64,000 nt of DNA from assembly GCA_963752075.1 (NCBI GenBank), contig CAVVWO010000007.1, positions 137,984 to 201,983 on the forward strand, written 5' to 3'. The notes beneath the pieces are model-generated. The model worked only from the letters and a program-made list of their open reading frames with translations, searched no databases and was not told the DNA's origin. The stretch's first letter is position 1, and every line of letters starts with the position of its first letter. Below, piece by piece: positions 40,658 through 48,846 of the stretch. This DNA is from an uncultured Acidimicrobiia bacterium (GTDB taxonomy: Bacteria; Actinomycetota; Acidimicrobiia; Spongiisociales; JAENVV01). A program made the position numbers and the translations under genes.

Positions 40658-41903
40658 ATGGATTTCGCACTCAGTCCCCGCTCGGCCGAACTCCAGGAAC
40701 GACTGCTCTCCTTCATGGATTCGCACATCTATCCGGCCGAGCCGGTGTATGCCGAGCAGATGGCCGCCTCTGGAGATCCCAGTTTCCATCCTCCCATCAT
40801 CGAAGAGCTCAAAACGGAAGCTCGTTCGGCGGGGTCTATGGAATTTGTTCCTACCGTCGGCTGAGTGGGGGGCCGGAGTCTCGGTGCTCGAATATGCCCC
40901 GCTCGCCGAGATCACGGGCCGGAGTGCTCACATCGCCCCGGAGGCAATCAATTGTGCAGCGCCGGATACCGGCAACATGGAGATCCTCGAGATGTTCGGT
41001 ACACCCGAACAGCAGGACATGTGGCTCCGTCCGTTGCTCGATGGTGTCATCCGATCAGCGTTCTCCATGACGGAGCCCGATGTGGCTTCTTCGGATGCTC
41101 GGAACATTCGGACTCGCATCATTCCTGACGGCGACACGTACGTGGTGCAGGGTCGCAAATGGTGGTCGTCCGGCGCCTTTTCACCCAGGTGCAAAGTGTC
41201 GATCGTCATGGGAGTCACCAACCCGGACCATGACCCGTATCACCGACAGAGCATGGTGCTGGTCCCGCTCGATTCACCAGGTGTGACGATTGAGAGGGAT
41301 CTCTCGGTGTTCGGATATCGAGATCGGGGCGGGCACCCTGTTATCCATTTCGACAACGTTCGGGTTCACAAGGACAACCTCCTCGGTCAAGAGGGCGGTG
41401 GATTCGCAATCGCACAGGCTCGGCTCGGCCCGGGGCGGATCCACCATTGCATGCGGGCGATCGGTATGGCAGAGCGCGCCTTCGATCTCATGTGCAGCCG
41501 GGTGCAGGCGCGGGAGACCTTCGGCCAACCGATCGCCGAACACGGGGTGGTCCAGGATTGGATAGCAGAGGCGCGCATTGCCATCGAACAGGCGCGGTTG
41601 CTCACCCTCAAGACCGCCTGGCTGATCGATACCGTGGGGGTCAAGGGCGCGCGCATCGAGATCTCGGCCATCAAGGTGGCCGTGCCTCGGATGGCGCTCC
41701 ATGTCGTCGATCGGGCCATGCAGGCGTTTGGGGCGGCCGGACTGAGCAGCGACTACCCGTTGGCTGCGATGTACGGGCATCTGCGAACCCTCACGATCGC
41801 CGACGGCCCGGACGAGGTGCACAAACGCACCGTTGCGCGCCGTGAGCTTCGCCGGTACGAGCCGGGATTCAGCCCCGAACCGTATCCGTATTCGGAGCTC
41901 TGA
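40658..41903 (+). pseudogene. Acyl-CoA dehydrogenase family protein with a 1-nt frameshift
   Basis: The N-terminus MDFALSPRSAELQERLLSFMDSHIYPAEPVYAEQM...ELKTEARSAG is in one frame. LWNLFLPSAEWGAGVSVLEYAPLAEITG...FSMTEPDVASSDA...GRKWWSSG continues in the next frame. The junction is at the G4 run 40831-40834, and the length is 1246 nt. Confidence 0.8.
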
Positions 41904-41963
41904 TCTATCCCGGCTCGGGAACAATGGAACCTTCTCCGGTGTTGGCACGTTTTCCACAACGAC

Positions 41964-42230
41964 ATGATGTATTTCGACCACACCGACGAGCCGTGGCGGG
42001 AATCCGCCGCATGCAGCGATGACACCGATAACTTGTTCTTCCCGGACGAATCGGACATCGGCTCGATCAACGCGGCCAAGGCGATCTGCGCCGGGTGCCC
42101 CGTCGCTGACGAATGTCTGTCCTACGCGATCGACACCAACCAGTCGCAAGGCATTTGGGCCGGAACCACTCCGAAGGAGCGGCGAAGGATCCGTCGAGAG
42201 TGGCTCGAAGAGGAACGGAGAGCGAGCTAG
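41964..42230 (+). CDS. WhiB-family (Wbl) transcription factor
   Basis: WRESAACSDDTDNLFFP...AKAICAGCPVADECLSYAI...GIWAGTTPKERRRIRR has the four-Cys cluster plus the GxWGG-like turn. Confidence 0.9.
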   Translation: MMYFDHTDEPWRESAACSDDTDNLFFPDESDIGSINAAKAICAGCPVADECLSYAIDTNQSQGIWAGTTPKERRRIRREWLEEERRAS

Positions 42231-42288
42231 CACTCCCCTTGTCGACGGAGCCCTAGGATCGGCCCATCGTCGAGAAAAAGGTGAGACC

Positions 42289-42729
42289 ATGGGCACGTTT
42301 GAAGACCTGCAAGGCCGAGTCGGGGAACAGCTCGGGGTCGGTGATTCGTTCACGATCTCCCAAGAGCGGATAGATGCTTTTGCCGAGGCAACGGAAGATC
42401 GCCAGTGGATCCATGTAGACCCCGAGAGAGCAGCGTCCGGGCCGTTCGGCTCCACGATCGCCCACGGATTCCTCACGCTGTCGCTCATCGCCGGAATCGC
42501 GCCCCCGTTCGACGTCGAAGGGGTCCGAATGGGAATCAACTACGGGCTCGATCGGGTGCGGTTCATCTCCCCTGTGCCTGCCGGCAGCCGTGTCCGCACG
42601 AACTCGAAGCTGCTCGAGGTCACGGAGGTGGCCGGCGGCGTGCAACTCAAGACCGAGGTCACTGTGGAGATCGACGGCGGGGAGAAGCCGGCCTGTGTTG
42701 CCGAGACCCTCACTCGCCTCTACTTCTGA
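42289..42729 (+). CDS. MaoC-like (R)-hydratase/dehydratase
   Basis: FTISQERIDAFAEATEDRQWIHVDPERAASGPFGSTIAHGFLTLSL matches the MaoC family. The start is ATG 42289, preceded by GAAAAAGGTGAG. Confidence 0.85.
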   Translation: MGTFEDLQGRVGEQLGVGDSFTISQERIDAFAEATEDRQWIHVDPERAASGPFGSTIAHGFLTLSLIAGIAPPFDVEGVRMGINYGLDRVRFISPVPAGSRVRTNSKLLEVTEVAGGVQLKTEVTVEIDGGEKPACVAETLTRLYF

Positions 42730-43889
42730 ATCACGGCATCGTGGTCGACGACGTCGTCGGTCGCTCCAGCGGAGAACCGAGCGGCCAACCACGTGGTGAT
42801 GGGAACGGCGACGACGAGACCGATTGAGCCAACCAGGGTCCGGACGATCTCGGTCGCCACTATCTCGCTGTTGGCTATCGACCCGAGGGACAGATCCGAG
42901 AGGATGAACAAGACCAACAGCGGCATGGACGCCCCGGCGTAGGCGAGCACCAGCGTGTTGACGGTCGAGGATATGTGATCGCGTCCAACCCGGAGCCCGG
43001 CCGCGAAGAGTTCCGATCGGCTGATGTCGGGGCGAGCTGCCCGGATCTCCCACACGGCCGAAGCCTGCGTGACCGTTACATCGTCCAGGGCTCCGAGCGC
43101 ACCCAACACCACGCCGGCCAGGATGAGGCCTGCGACGTCGATCTGACCAGGGACCAGCGTGAGAAAGAAACTCTCCTCGGTGGCGAACCCCGAGATTTTG
43201 GCCGCTTCCATGACGACGGCCGAGAGGACGGCGGTGAGGCCGAGAGCTCCCAGGGTGCCCAGCAACGCGACGGTGGTCTTCGGGGTGAATCCGTGGGCGA
43301 GGTACAGCGCCAGGAAGGCGATTGTGGCGGCTCCGACCACCGCCACCGGCACCGGGCTCTGCCCTTCGAGGAGGGCCGGGACGACAAACCGAAGAATGAC
43401 CCAGATGCTGGCCACGAGGCCCACCAAGGCAGCCATGCCCCGGAGGCGTCCCAACGTGACGACCGCCAGAGCAAATGCCACGGCCACGGCGGCCAGTACT
43501 CCTCGCCGCTGTCGGTCGGCCCACTGGTACTCGAACCCCTCCGAGGCACCCTCAATCGAGTTGAGGACCACCTTCTCGCCCACTTCGAACACCGGCGACG
43601 AGTCGATGAGCGGAAAGTCTTGATGAAAGACCTCTCCGATATCCGGCCCCTGGGTGAACTCGAATGTCGCTTTGCGGCATGGCAACGAGTCCGCCTGACT
43701 GCCCTCGCATGGACCCAGTTCCACGGCGATCACCTCGGCTTCGTACACCGAGTTCGACACCCCGAGGAATCCGAGGTCGGGCAGAACCGTGTTGCTCGGC
43801 CACAACACCACCAAACCGATGAGCGTGATCACGGCCGCAATCGCGGCGGCCAGGCCAATGGCGGGTGAGTGTCTCGACTTCGGACGCAT
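42720..43889 (-). CDS. YibE/F-family membrane protein
   Basis: It is polytopic, with ...LGRLRGMAALVGLVASIWVILRFVVPALLEG...LDDVTVTQASAVWEI...VGRDHISSTVNTLVLAYAG. The start is taken at MRPKSRH (43889). Confidence 0.8.
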   Translation of the reverse strand: MRPKSRHSPAIGLAAAIAAVITLIGLVVLWPSNTVLPDLGFLGVSNSVYEAEVIAVELGPCEGSQADSLPCRKATFEFTQGPDIGEVFHQDFPLIDSSPVFEVGEKVVLNSIEGASEGFEYQWADRQRRGVLAAVAVAFALAVVTLGRLRGMAALVGLVASIWVILRFVVPALLEGQSPVPVAVVGAATIAFLALYLAHGFTPKTTVALLGTLGALGLTAVLSAVVMEAAKISGFATEESFFLTLVPGQIDVAGLILAGVVLGALGALDDVTVTQASAVWEIRAARPDISRSELFAAGLRVGRDHISSTVNTLVLAYAGASMPLLVLFILSDLSLGSIANSEIVATEIVRTLVGSIGLVVAVPITTWLAARFSAGATDDVVDHDAVIQK

Positions 43890-43988
43890 GGGGCTGACGC
43901 TAGTGGGCGCTTGTGAAGATCTCGGTCTTGTCGATACGATTGGGCGCCGCCGGGCAGAGGCTCCCGGTTGTGATCGAGAGGAGAGCCA

Positions 43989-44405
43989 ATGCCCGTAGCA
44001 GAAGGTAGTCAAGTCACCGTTGAGTACACCGGCCGCCTGGTCGACGGATCCGTATTCGATAGCTCGGCTGATCGCGATCCGTTGGTGTTCACCGCCGGCG
44101 CCGGCCAGATGATCGCAGGCTTCGACGCAGCAGTGCTGGGGATGGAAGTGGGGGAAGCGAAAACGGTCACCATGGCTCCCGAAGAGGCCTACGGTCCGCG
44201 CATCCAGGGCCTCGAGGAGCAGGTGCCCCGTGACGTGCTCCCCGAGGGCATCGAGGTGGGCACGCCACTCAAGGCAGAACTGAACGATGAGGTGTTGGTG
44301 CTCTGGGTGACCGAGATCGACGACGAGGGCGTGACTCTCGATCCGAACCATCCCCTGGCCGGGGAGACCCTCGAGTTCGATATCGAGGTCGTGGCCATCA
44401 GCTGA
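43989..44405 (+). CDS. FKBP-type peptidyl-prolyl cis-trans isomerase (SlyD-like)
   Basis: VTVEYTGRLVDGSVFDSS...PLVFTAGAGQMIAGFDAAVLGMEVGEAK...LDPNHPLAGETLEFDIEVV matches the family. Confidence 0.9.
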   Translation: MPVAEGSQVTVEYTGRLVDGSVFDSSADRDPLVFTAGAGQMIAGFDAAVLGMEVGEAKTVTMAPEEAYGPRIQGLEEQVPRDVLPEGIEVGTPLKAELNDEVLVLWVTEIDDEGVTLDPNHPLAGETLEFDIEVVAIS

Positions 44406-44624
44406 GACGAGGTTCTCGACCCACGGCAGGAATCTGGCCTGGGTAGCGGGAGAACCCCGCCATCAGAGCATCAAGGCGGCACTCCAGGACGCCGGAATCG
44501 AGATGACGGCGGACATCATCGCTCTGCAGGCAACGCCCAGCTTTCGGGCCGCCGTCCAGGGCGACGGGGACTTCACTCCTGGCGGGGGCCTCAACGGCGA
44601 GGCGACTGTGGCTGGCGTGGCCCC

Positions 44625-45092
44625 CTAGCTCTGACTCTCCACCACGGCTGGGTGGAGAGGCGCAGGAAGGAAGACGGCTCCCGGGCCGCGTGAAGCAACG
44701 ACGTCCTTTGGATTGCTGAGTCGGCATCTCTGCAGACTCAGGCATCCACACCCGATGCATCCGTCCAACCCGTCTCGGAGCGTCTCCAGGGCAGCGATCT
44801 CCTCGTCGAGGCGAGCGCGCCAAGATCGGGAGATCTTGGTCCAGTCTGCTTTTGTTGGATTCCGGCGGGAGGGGAGGAGTGAGAGGGCCTCTCGAATCTC
44901 GTCGAGCGTGAGGCCAACGTGGCGAGCGGCGGCAATGAAGGCGAGACGTCTCAATTCGTGCCGCTCGTAGCGTCGTTGTCCGCCTGAAGTTCGGCTCGCT
45001 TCGATCAAGCCCTGGCGTTCGTAGTAGCGGAGCGCCGACGTGGCGAAACCACTGCGCTCGGCCACCTGGCTGATGGTGAGATGGTCGTCCAT
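44625..45092 (-). CDS. soxR: Redox-sensitive MerR-family regulator SoxR
   Basis: It has the HTH LTISQVAERSGFATSALRYYERQGLI and the [2Fe-2S] motif CIGCGCLSLQRCRLSNP. The start is ATG 45092. Confidence 0.85.
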   Translation of the reverse strand: MDDHLTISQVAERSGFATSALRYYERQGLIEASRTSGGQRRYERHELRRLAFIAAARHVGLTLDEIREALSLLPSRRNPTKADWTKISRSWRARLDEEIAALETLRDGLDGCIGCGCLSLQRCRLSNPKDVVASRGPGAVFLPAPLHPAVVESQS

Positions 45093-45106
45093 CGTCCGAT
45101 TATCTC

Positions 45107-45138
45107 TTGACTTGAAGTTTAACTTCAAGTTGTACGGT
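45107..45138 (+). promoter_or_regulatory. SoxR-box promoter of the divergent SDR/QueA-like operon
   Basis: The TTGACT -35 element overlaps the perfect palindrome ACTTGAAGTT-T-AACTTCAAGT (45110-45130), followed by TACGGT. The long spacer is typical of MerR/SoxR-activated promoters. Confidence 0.7.
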
Positions 45139-45171
45139 GCGGTAGATCACATTTCCGTCGCAAGGAGCATT

Positions 45172-45855
45172 ATGCGTACCGCACTGATCACAGGTGGATC
45201 ACGAGGCCTCGGACTGGCCGTGGCGAGAGAACTCGGGAGACGAAACTGGAGTTTGGTGGTCACCGGGCGGGACCCCGACGCGCTGGCGGCCGCCAGAATG
45301 GCCATTCCTGGCCATGTTGTGACGCTCGCGGGAGACGTGGTCGACCCGGCGCACAGACTGCAGCTGTCCGAGGCGGTGGGGCCACACCTGGACCTCCTCG
45401 TCAACAACGCCAGCGAACTCGGTCCAAGCCCGTTGCCACGCCTCGCCGACCTCTCTCCTGACACCTTCGTCAACATCCTGAACGTCAATGTCGTAGCACC
45501 GATCGCCCTCACCGCTTTGTTGGCGAACCGACTGGAGGCCCGCCGCGGGATGGTCGTCAATATCAGCTCGGATGCAGCCGTCCAGGCCTACCCCGGTTGG
45601 GGCGGGTACGGCGCCTCCAAAGCGGCCCTCGACCAGGCAACGGCTGTACTGGGCGTGGAGCATCCGGATCTCGCCGTATACGCCTTTGATCCCGGTGACA
45701 TGCGTACCGACATGCACCAGCGTGCGTTCCCCGGACAAGACATTTCGGATCGACCTTCTCCCGAGACGGTGGTACCGGCGTTGATGAATCTGATCAGCCA
45801 ACGTCCCGTCGATGGCCGCTACACCGCTGCCTCGCTGCTCGTCGAGGCGAACTGA
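45172..45855 (+). CDS. Short-chain dehydrogenase/reductase
   Basis: MRTALITGGSRGLGLAVAREL...NNAS...YGASKAAL matches the SDR family. An AAGGAG RBS precedes ATG 45172. Confidence 0.85.
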   Translation: MRTALITGGSRGLGLAVARELGRRNWSLVVTGRDPDALAAARMAIPGHVVTLAGDVVDPAHRLQLSEAVGPHLDLLVNNASELGPSPLPRLADLSPDTFVNILNVNVVAPIALTALLANRLEARRGMVVNISSDAAVQAYPGWGGYGASKAALDQATAVLGVEHPDLAVYAFDPGDMRTDMHQRAFPGQDISDRPSPETVVPALMNLISQRPVDGRYTAASLLVEAN

Positions 45856-46901
45856 TGTCCCTGGCAGCTCCCGTGCGGTTCGAACTCGACGCATCGCGTG
45901 AAGCCACCTCGCCGCCCGAGGTGAGGGGCCTGCGACGAGACGAGGTTCGCCTCCTCGTCGCAGCGCCCGATGGGCTGGCCGGAAGCCAATTCTTCAACCT
46001 GCCCGACTACCTCCGTGACGGCGACCTGTTGGTGGTGAACACGTCGCCCACCATGCCGGCCGCGATCGCGGGGAAGTTTGCCGGGCGACCGGCCATGGTG
46101 CATTTCTCCCAGCGCCATGAAGGGGGCACGTGGACCGTGGAGCTCAGGAGACCTGATCGTTCCGGTCCGATGCTGAACGCAACAGCCGGCGACGTCGTGG
46201 AGGTCCCGGCGGGCCTCCTGACGCTGGTGAACCCAGCGGAACCCGGGCGAGGGAATGGTGTCCGATTGTGGCGCGCCGAGGTCGGCGTGGTTGGCGGCGT
46301 TCGGCGGCTGATGCGACGTCACGGAAGCCCCATCCGCTACAACCACGTCGGTCGCGACTGGCCCCTGCGAAGCTATCAGACGATCTTCGCCGACCTGTGC
46401 CGCTGGCCGGGGAGCGCAGAGATGGCGAGCGCGGCGCGACCGTTCAGTGGAGAACTGGTGAGAAGGCTCGACTCGAACGGCGTCCGAGTCGCGACGATCG
46501 CCCTCGACGCCGGGGTGTCCTCACTCGACGTCGGGGAAACACCGCCGGCCGAGCCGTTCTCGGTGAGTGGGGCAACCGCCAGAGCCGTCAACGCCGCTCA
46601 TGACAACGGTGGTCGGGTGATAGCTGTCGGCACAACGGTGACCAGGGCACTGGAGTCGTCGGTTGGCCACGATGGAAGGGTGATCGGTCGATCTGGATGG
46701 ACGAGCTTGGTACTCGGATCCGACCGTCCCGCTCAGGTGGTCGATGGGCTGATCACGGGGTGGCACCCTCCTGGGGCCTCGCACCTGAAGCTTCTGGAAG
46801 CTGTCGTCGGGACCGAGCGGGTCAGGACCGCCTACGGACGAGCACTGGAGGACGGCTATCTGTGGCATGAGTTCGGCGACTCATGCCTCTTCATCCGGTG
46901 A
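45855..46901 (+). CDS. S-adenosylmethionine:tRNA ribosyltransferase-isomerase (QueA)-like protein
   Basis: LLVVNTSPTMPAAI...GSAEMASAARPF...VIAVGTTVTRALES...LITGWHPPGASHLKLLEAV matches the QueA family. The junction with the SDR gene is TGATG. Confidence 0.75.
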   Translation: MSLAAPVRFELDASREATSPPEVRGLRRDEVRLLVAAPDGLAGSQFFNLPDYLRDGDLLVVNTSPTMPAAIAGKFAGRPAMVHFSQRHEGGTWTVELRRPDRSGPMLNATAGDVVEVPAGLLTLVNPAEPGRGNGVRLWRAEVGVVGGVRRLMRRHGSPIRYNHVGRDWPLRSYQTIFADLCRWPGSAEMASAARPFSGELVRRLDSNGVRVATIALDAGVSSLDVGETPPAEPFSVSGATARAVNAAHDNGGRVIAVGTTVTRALESSVGHDGRVIGRSGWTSLVLGSDRPAQVVDGLITGWHPPGASHLKLLEAVVGTERVRTAYGRALEDGYLWHEFGDSCLFIR

Positions 46902-47030
46902 AGCCCGTCGGCGCGATGTGGCCCCGGCGGCGCACCTCGCCAGGTGGTCGTTCAGTGACACGGAATCAGTGGGATTCCGCCCTTCTTGAAGACGGGATCA
47001 CAGGAGATGGGACCTCGGTGTCGGCGGGCG

Positions 47031-47570
47031 TTACTTCAGGAATGCATACCGCTGAACGAGCGGCGTCGTAGCCCAGCGCCTGCCGAGGCCCCATGTATCT
47101 CCTGCGTGACTTGCCGCCAAGGCCACCATGGCCAGGGCGTAGACGAGGTGGTCGTCGATGAAGGGATGAGTCTCTGGAGGCATCGCGGCGGAATACATCA
47201 TCACGAGCATGAGGGCGCTGGTGGCCGCCGCCAAACGGAGGCCGATGCCGAGGAGGAAAGCGATACCTATCCCTGCCAGGCCGATCATGAAGACCCAATC
47301 CACCCACACCTGACCGGCCAGCCCTTGATAGAACCCAGCCAGCGGTCCCGACGTCCCGGATTCGAGAAAGTCACGAGTGGGGCTGGCTCCGTTGATCCAG
47401 GCTGCATCAGTGTCCGTGGCGAATCCGAAACCGAACGTCTTGTCGAGGAAAGCCCAGAAGAAGATCGACCCGAGCGCCAGCCGCAAGACAGCCCAGACCC
47501 GTTCGGCGATGGGGTAGTGGTGCTTGATGACCAGCGTGTCGCCTTCTCGCCTGCTCGTGAGGAGCGCCAT
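47031..47570 (-). CDS. DoxX-family membrane protein
   Basis: There are four hydrophobic segments, including RLALGSIFFWAFLDKTFG...IGLAGIGIAFLLGIGLRLAA. Confidence 0.75.
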   Translation of the reverse strand: MALLTSRREGDTLVIKHHYPIAERVWAVLRLALGSIFFWAFLDKTFGFGFATDTDAAWINGASPTRDFLESGTSGPLAGFYQGLAGQVWVDWVFMIGLAGIGIAFLLGIGLRLAAATSALMLVMMYSAAMPPETHPFIDDHLVYALAMVALAASHAGDTWGLGRRWATTPLVQRYAFLK

Positions 47571-47761
47571 CTCGGTTCCTCCTGGTCTTCATCGCCCTCT
47601 GTCTCTCACCTTGTCGCGCGATCGGTCGCCCTACCAGGGCCTTCAGACTCTGGTGGGGAGCTTCACCTCGGGAATCGCCTATTGGTGGTGGGGGCAATCC
47701 GATAGGACGATCGGCCCCTTCAGCTGCGGGGCCCGTCGGCGCACAATGCACTCAACAGGAG

Positions 47762-48013
47762 GTGCGTGTGGAAAAGGACGTCATTCTCAACCTGCATTTG
47801 TCGGAGGACGAGACCGACACCATGGCCTTTGCAACGCTGACCCTGAGAGGTGATCACTTCGAGGCTGTCGGCAAGGCGAGGAGAAACCCGATCGATCCTC
47901 CGTTGCCCGTGGTTGGCGAGGAGCTCGCCATTTCTCGGGCACTCAACGAGTTGGCAGCCAAAGTCACCGAGGCTGCCGGGCAGAAGATCGAGACGTTCCT
48001 GACCAAGGAGTGA
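47762..48013 (+). CDS. DUF1876-like small protein
   Basis: ATLTLRGDHFEAVGKARRNPIDPPLPVVGEELAISRALNELA fits the DUF1876 pattern. Confidence 0.65.
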   Translation: MRVEKDVILNLHLSEDETDTMAFATLTLRGDHFEAVGKARRNPIDPPLPVVGEELAISRALNELAAKVTEAAGQKIETFLTKE

Positions 48014-48070
48014 TTCCGCGCTCATCGCCTGCGAAGCCCTGCGTGGGCGGGGTCCCGCTACTGTGCGGCC

Positions 48071-48625
48071 ATGCAGACCATCACCGTGCTCGGGATCTCC
48101 GGAAGCTTGCGCAGGGCTTCGTACAACACCGCTCTCCTGCGGGCCTTCGGTGAGGTGGCCCCTCCTGAGGTGTCCTTCTCCCTATTCGATGCCGTAGATC
48201 TGCCCGTGTTCAATGTCGACCTGGAGGACGCAGGAGACCCTCCGGCCGCGATCGCCCTGCGCGAGGCCATCGCCGGCGCCGATGCCGTTCTGTTCGCAAC
48301 CCCTGAATACAACGGCGGCCTTGCCGGATCGACCAAGAACATCGTCGACTGGGCCTCGAGGGGCGATGCGCCGCTCAAGGCGAAGCCGTGCGCCGTGATC
48401 GGTGGAGGGGGCCGGTTCGGGACCGCCCACGCCCAACTCATGCTTCGGCATACCCTGAACTACATGGGTTGTCCTCTTCTTCCGGGACAATCGTTGTACG
48501 TGCAGCGCGTTTCGCAGGCATTCGACGAAGGTGGGAATCTCGACCAGCCGACGCGCGAGCGCTTGGCCAAGTTGGGAGTGATTCTGACCGAATGGACAAC
48601 CCGTGTGGGTAGCGGGCATGCCTAG
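48071..48625 (+). CDS. NAD(P)H-dependent FMN reductase
   Basis: ITVLGISGSLRRASYNTALLRA...ADAVLFATPEYNGGLAGSTKNIVDWASR matches the family. Confidence 0.85.
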   Translation: MQTITVLGISGSLRRASYNTALLRAFGEVAPPEVSFSLFDAVDLPVFNVDLEDAGDPPAAIALREAIAGADAVLFATPEYNGGLAGSTKNIVDWASRGDAPLKAKPCAVIGGGGRFGTAHAQLMLRHTLNYMGCPLLPGQSLYVQRVSQAFDEGGNLDQPTRERLAKLGVILTEWTTRVGSGHA

Positions 48626-48846
48626 GCGACAGATCGAGTCACCGCTCGCCGCGATCGCTCCGTGACCCCGGCCCAGATGGCCAGGAGCAATCGGAGGAAG
48701 ACGACACCGGCGATGCCCGACCTACACCATGGTTCGCCAGGCCGATTGGCTCTTCGCGGGTTCCGAGCGCATGAGGGGCTGACGTCCAGGCACATGCGTT
48801 CCAGTTGAGCCTCCGCCGATCGCCCCTCGAGGGTCGTGCCGGTTGT

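Noticed and set aside
39959-40864. 301-aa ORF read as a single DUF4126 protein
   Set aside because: It runs through the intergenic 13-bp repeat and into the N-terminus of the acyl-CoA dehydrogenase. It is better explained as two genes plus frameshifts.
41274-43524. Two minus-strand ORFs of 421-423 aa
   Set aside because: They are antisense or out of frame relative to the acyl-CoA dehydrogenase, WhiB, MaoC and YibE/F genes. Their composition is R/G/P-rich.
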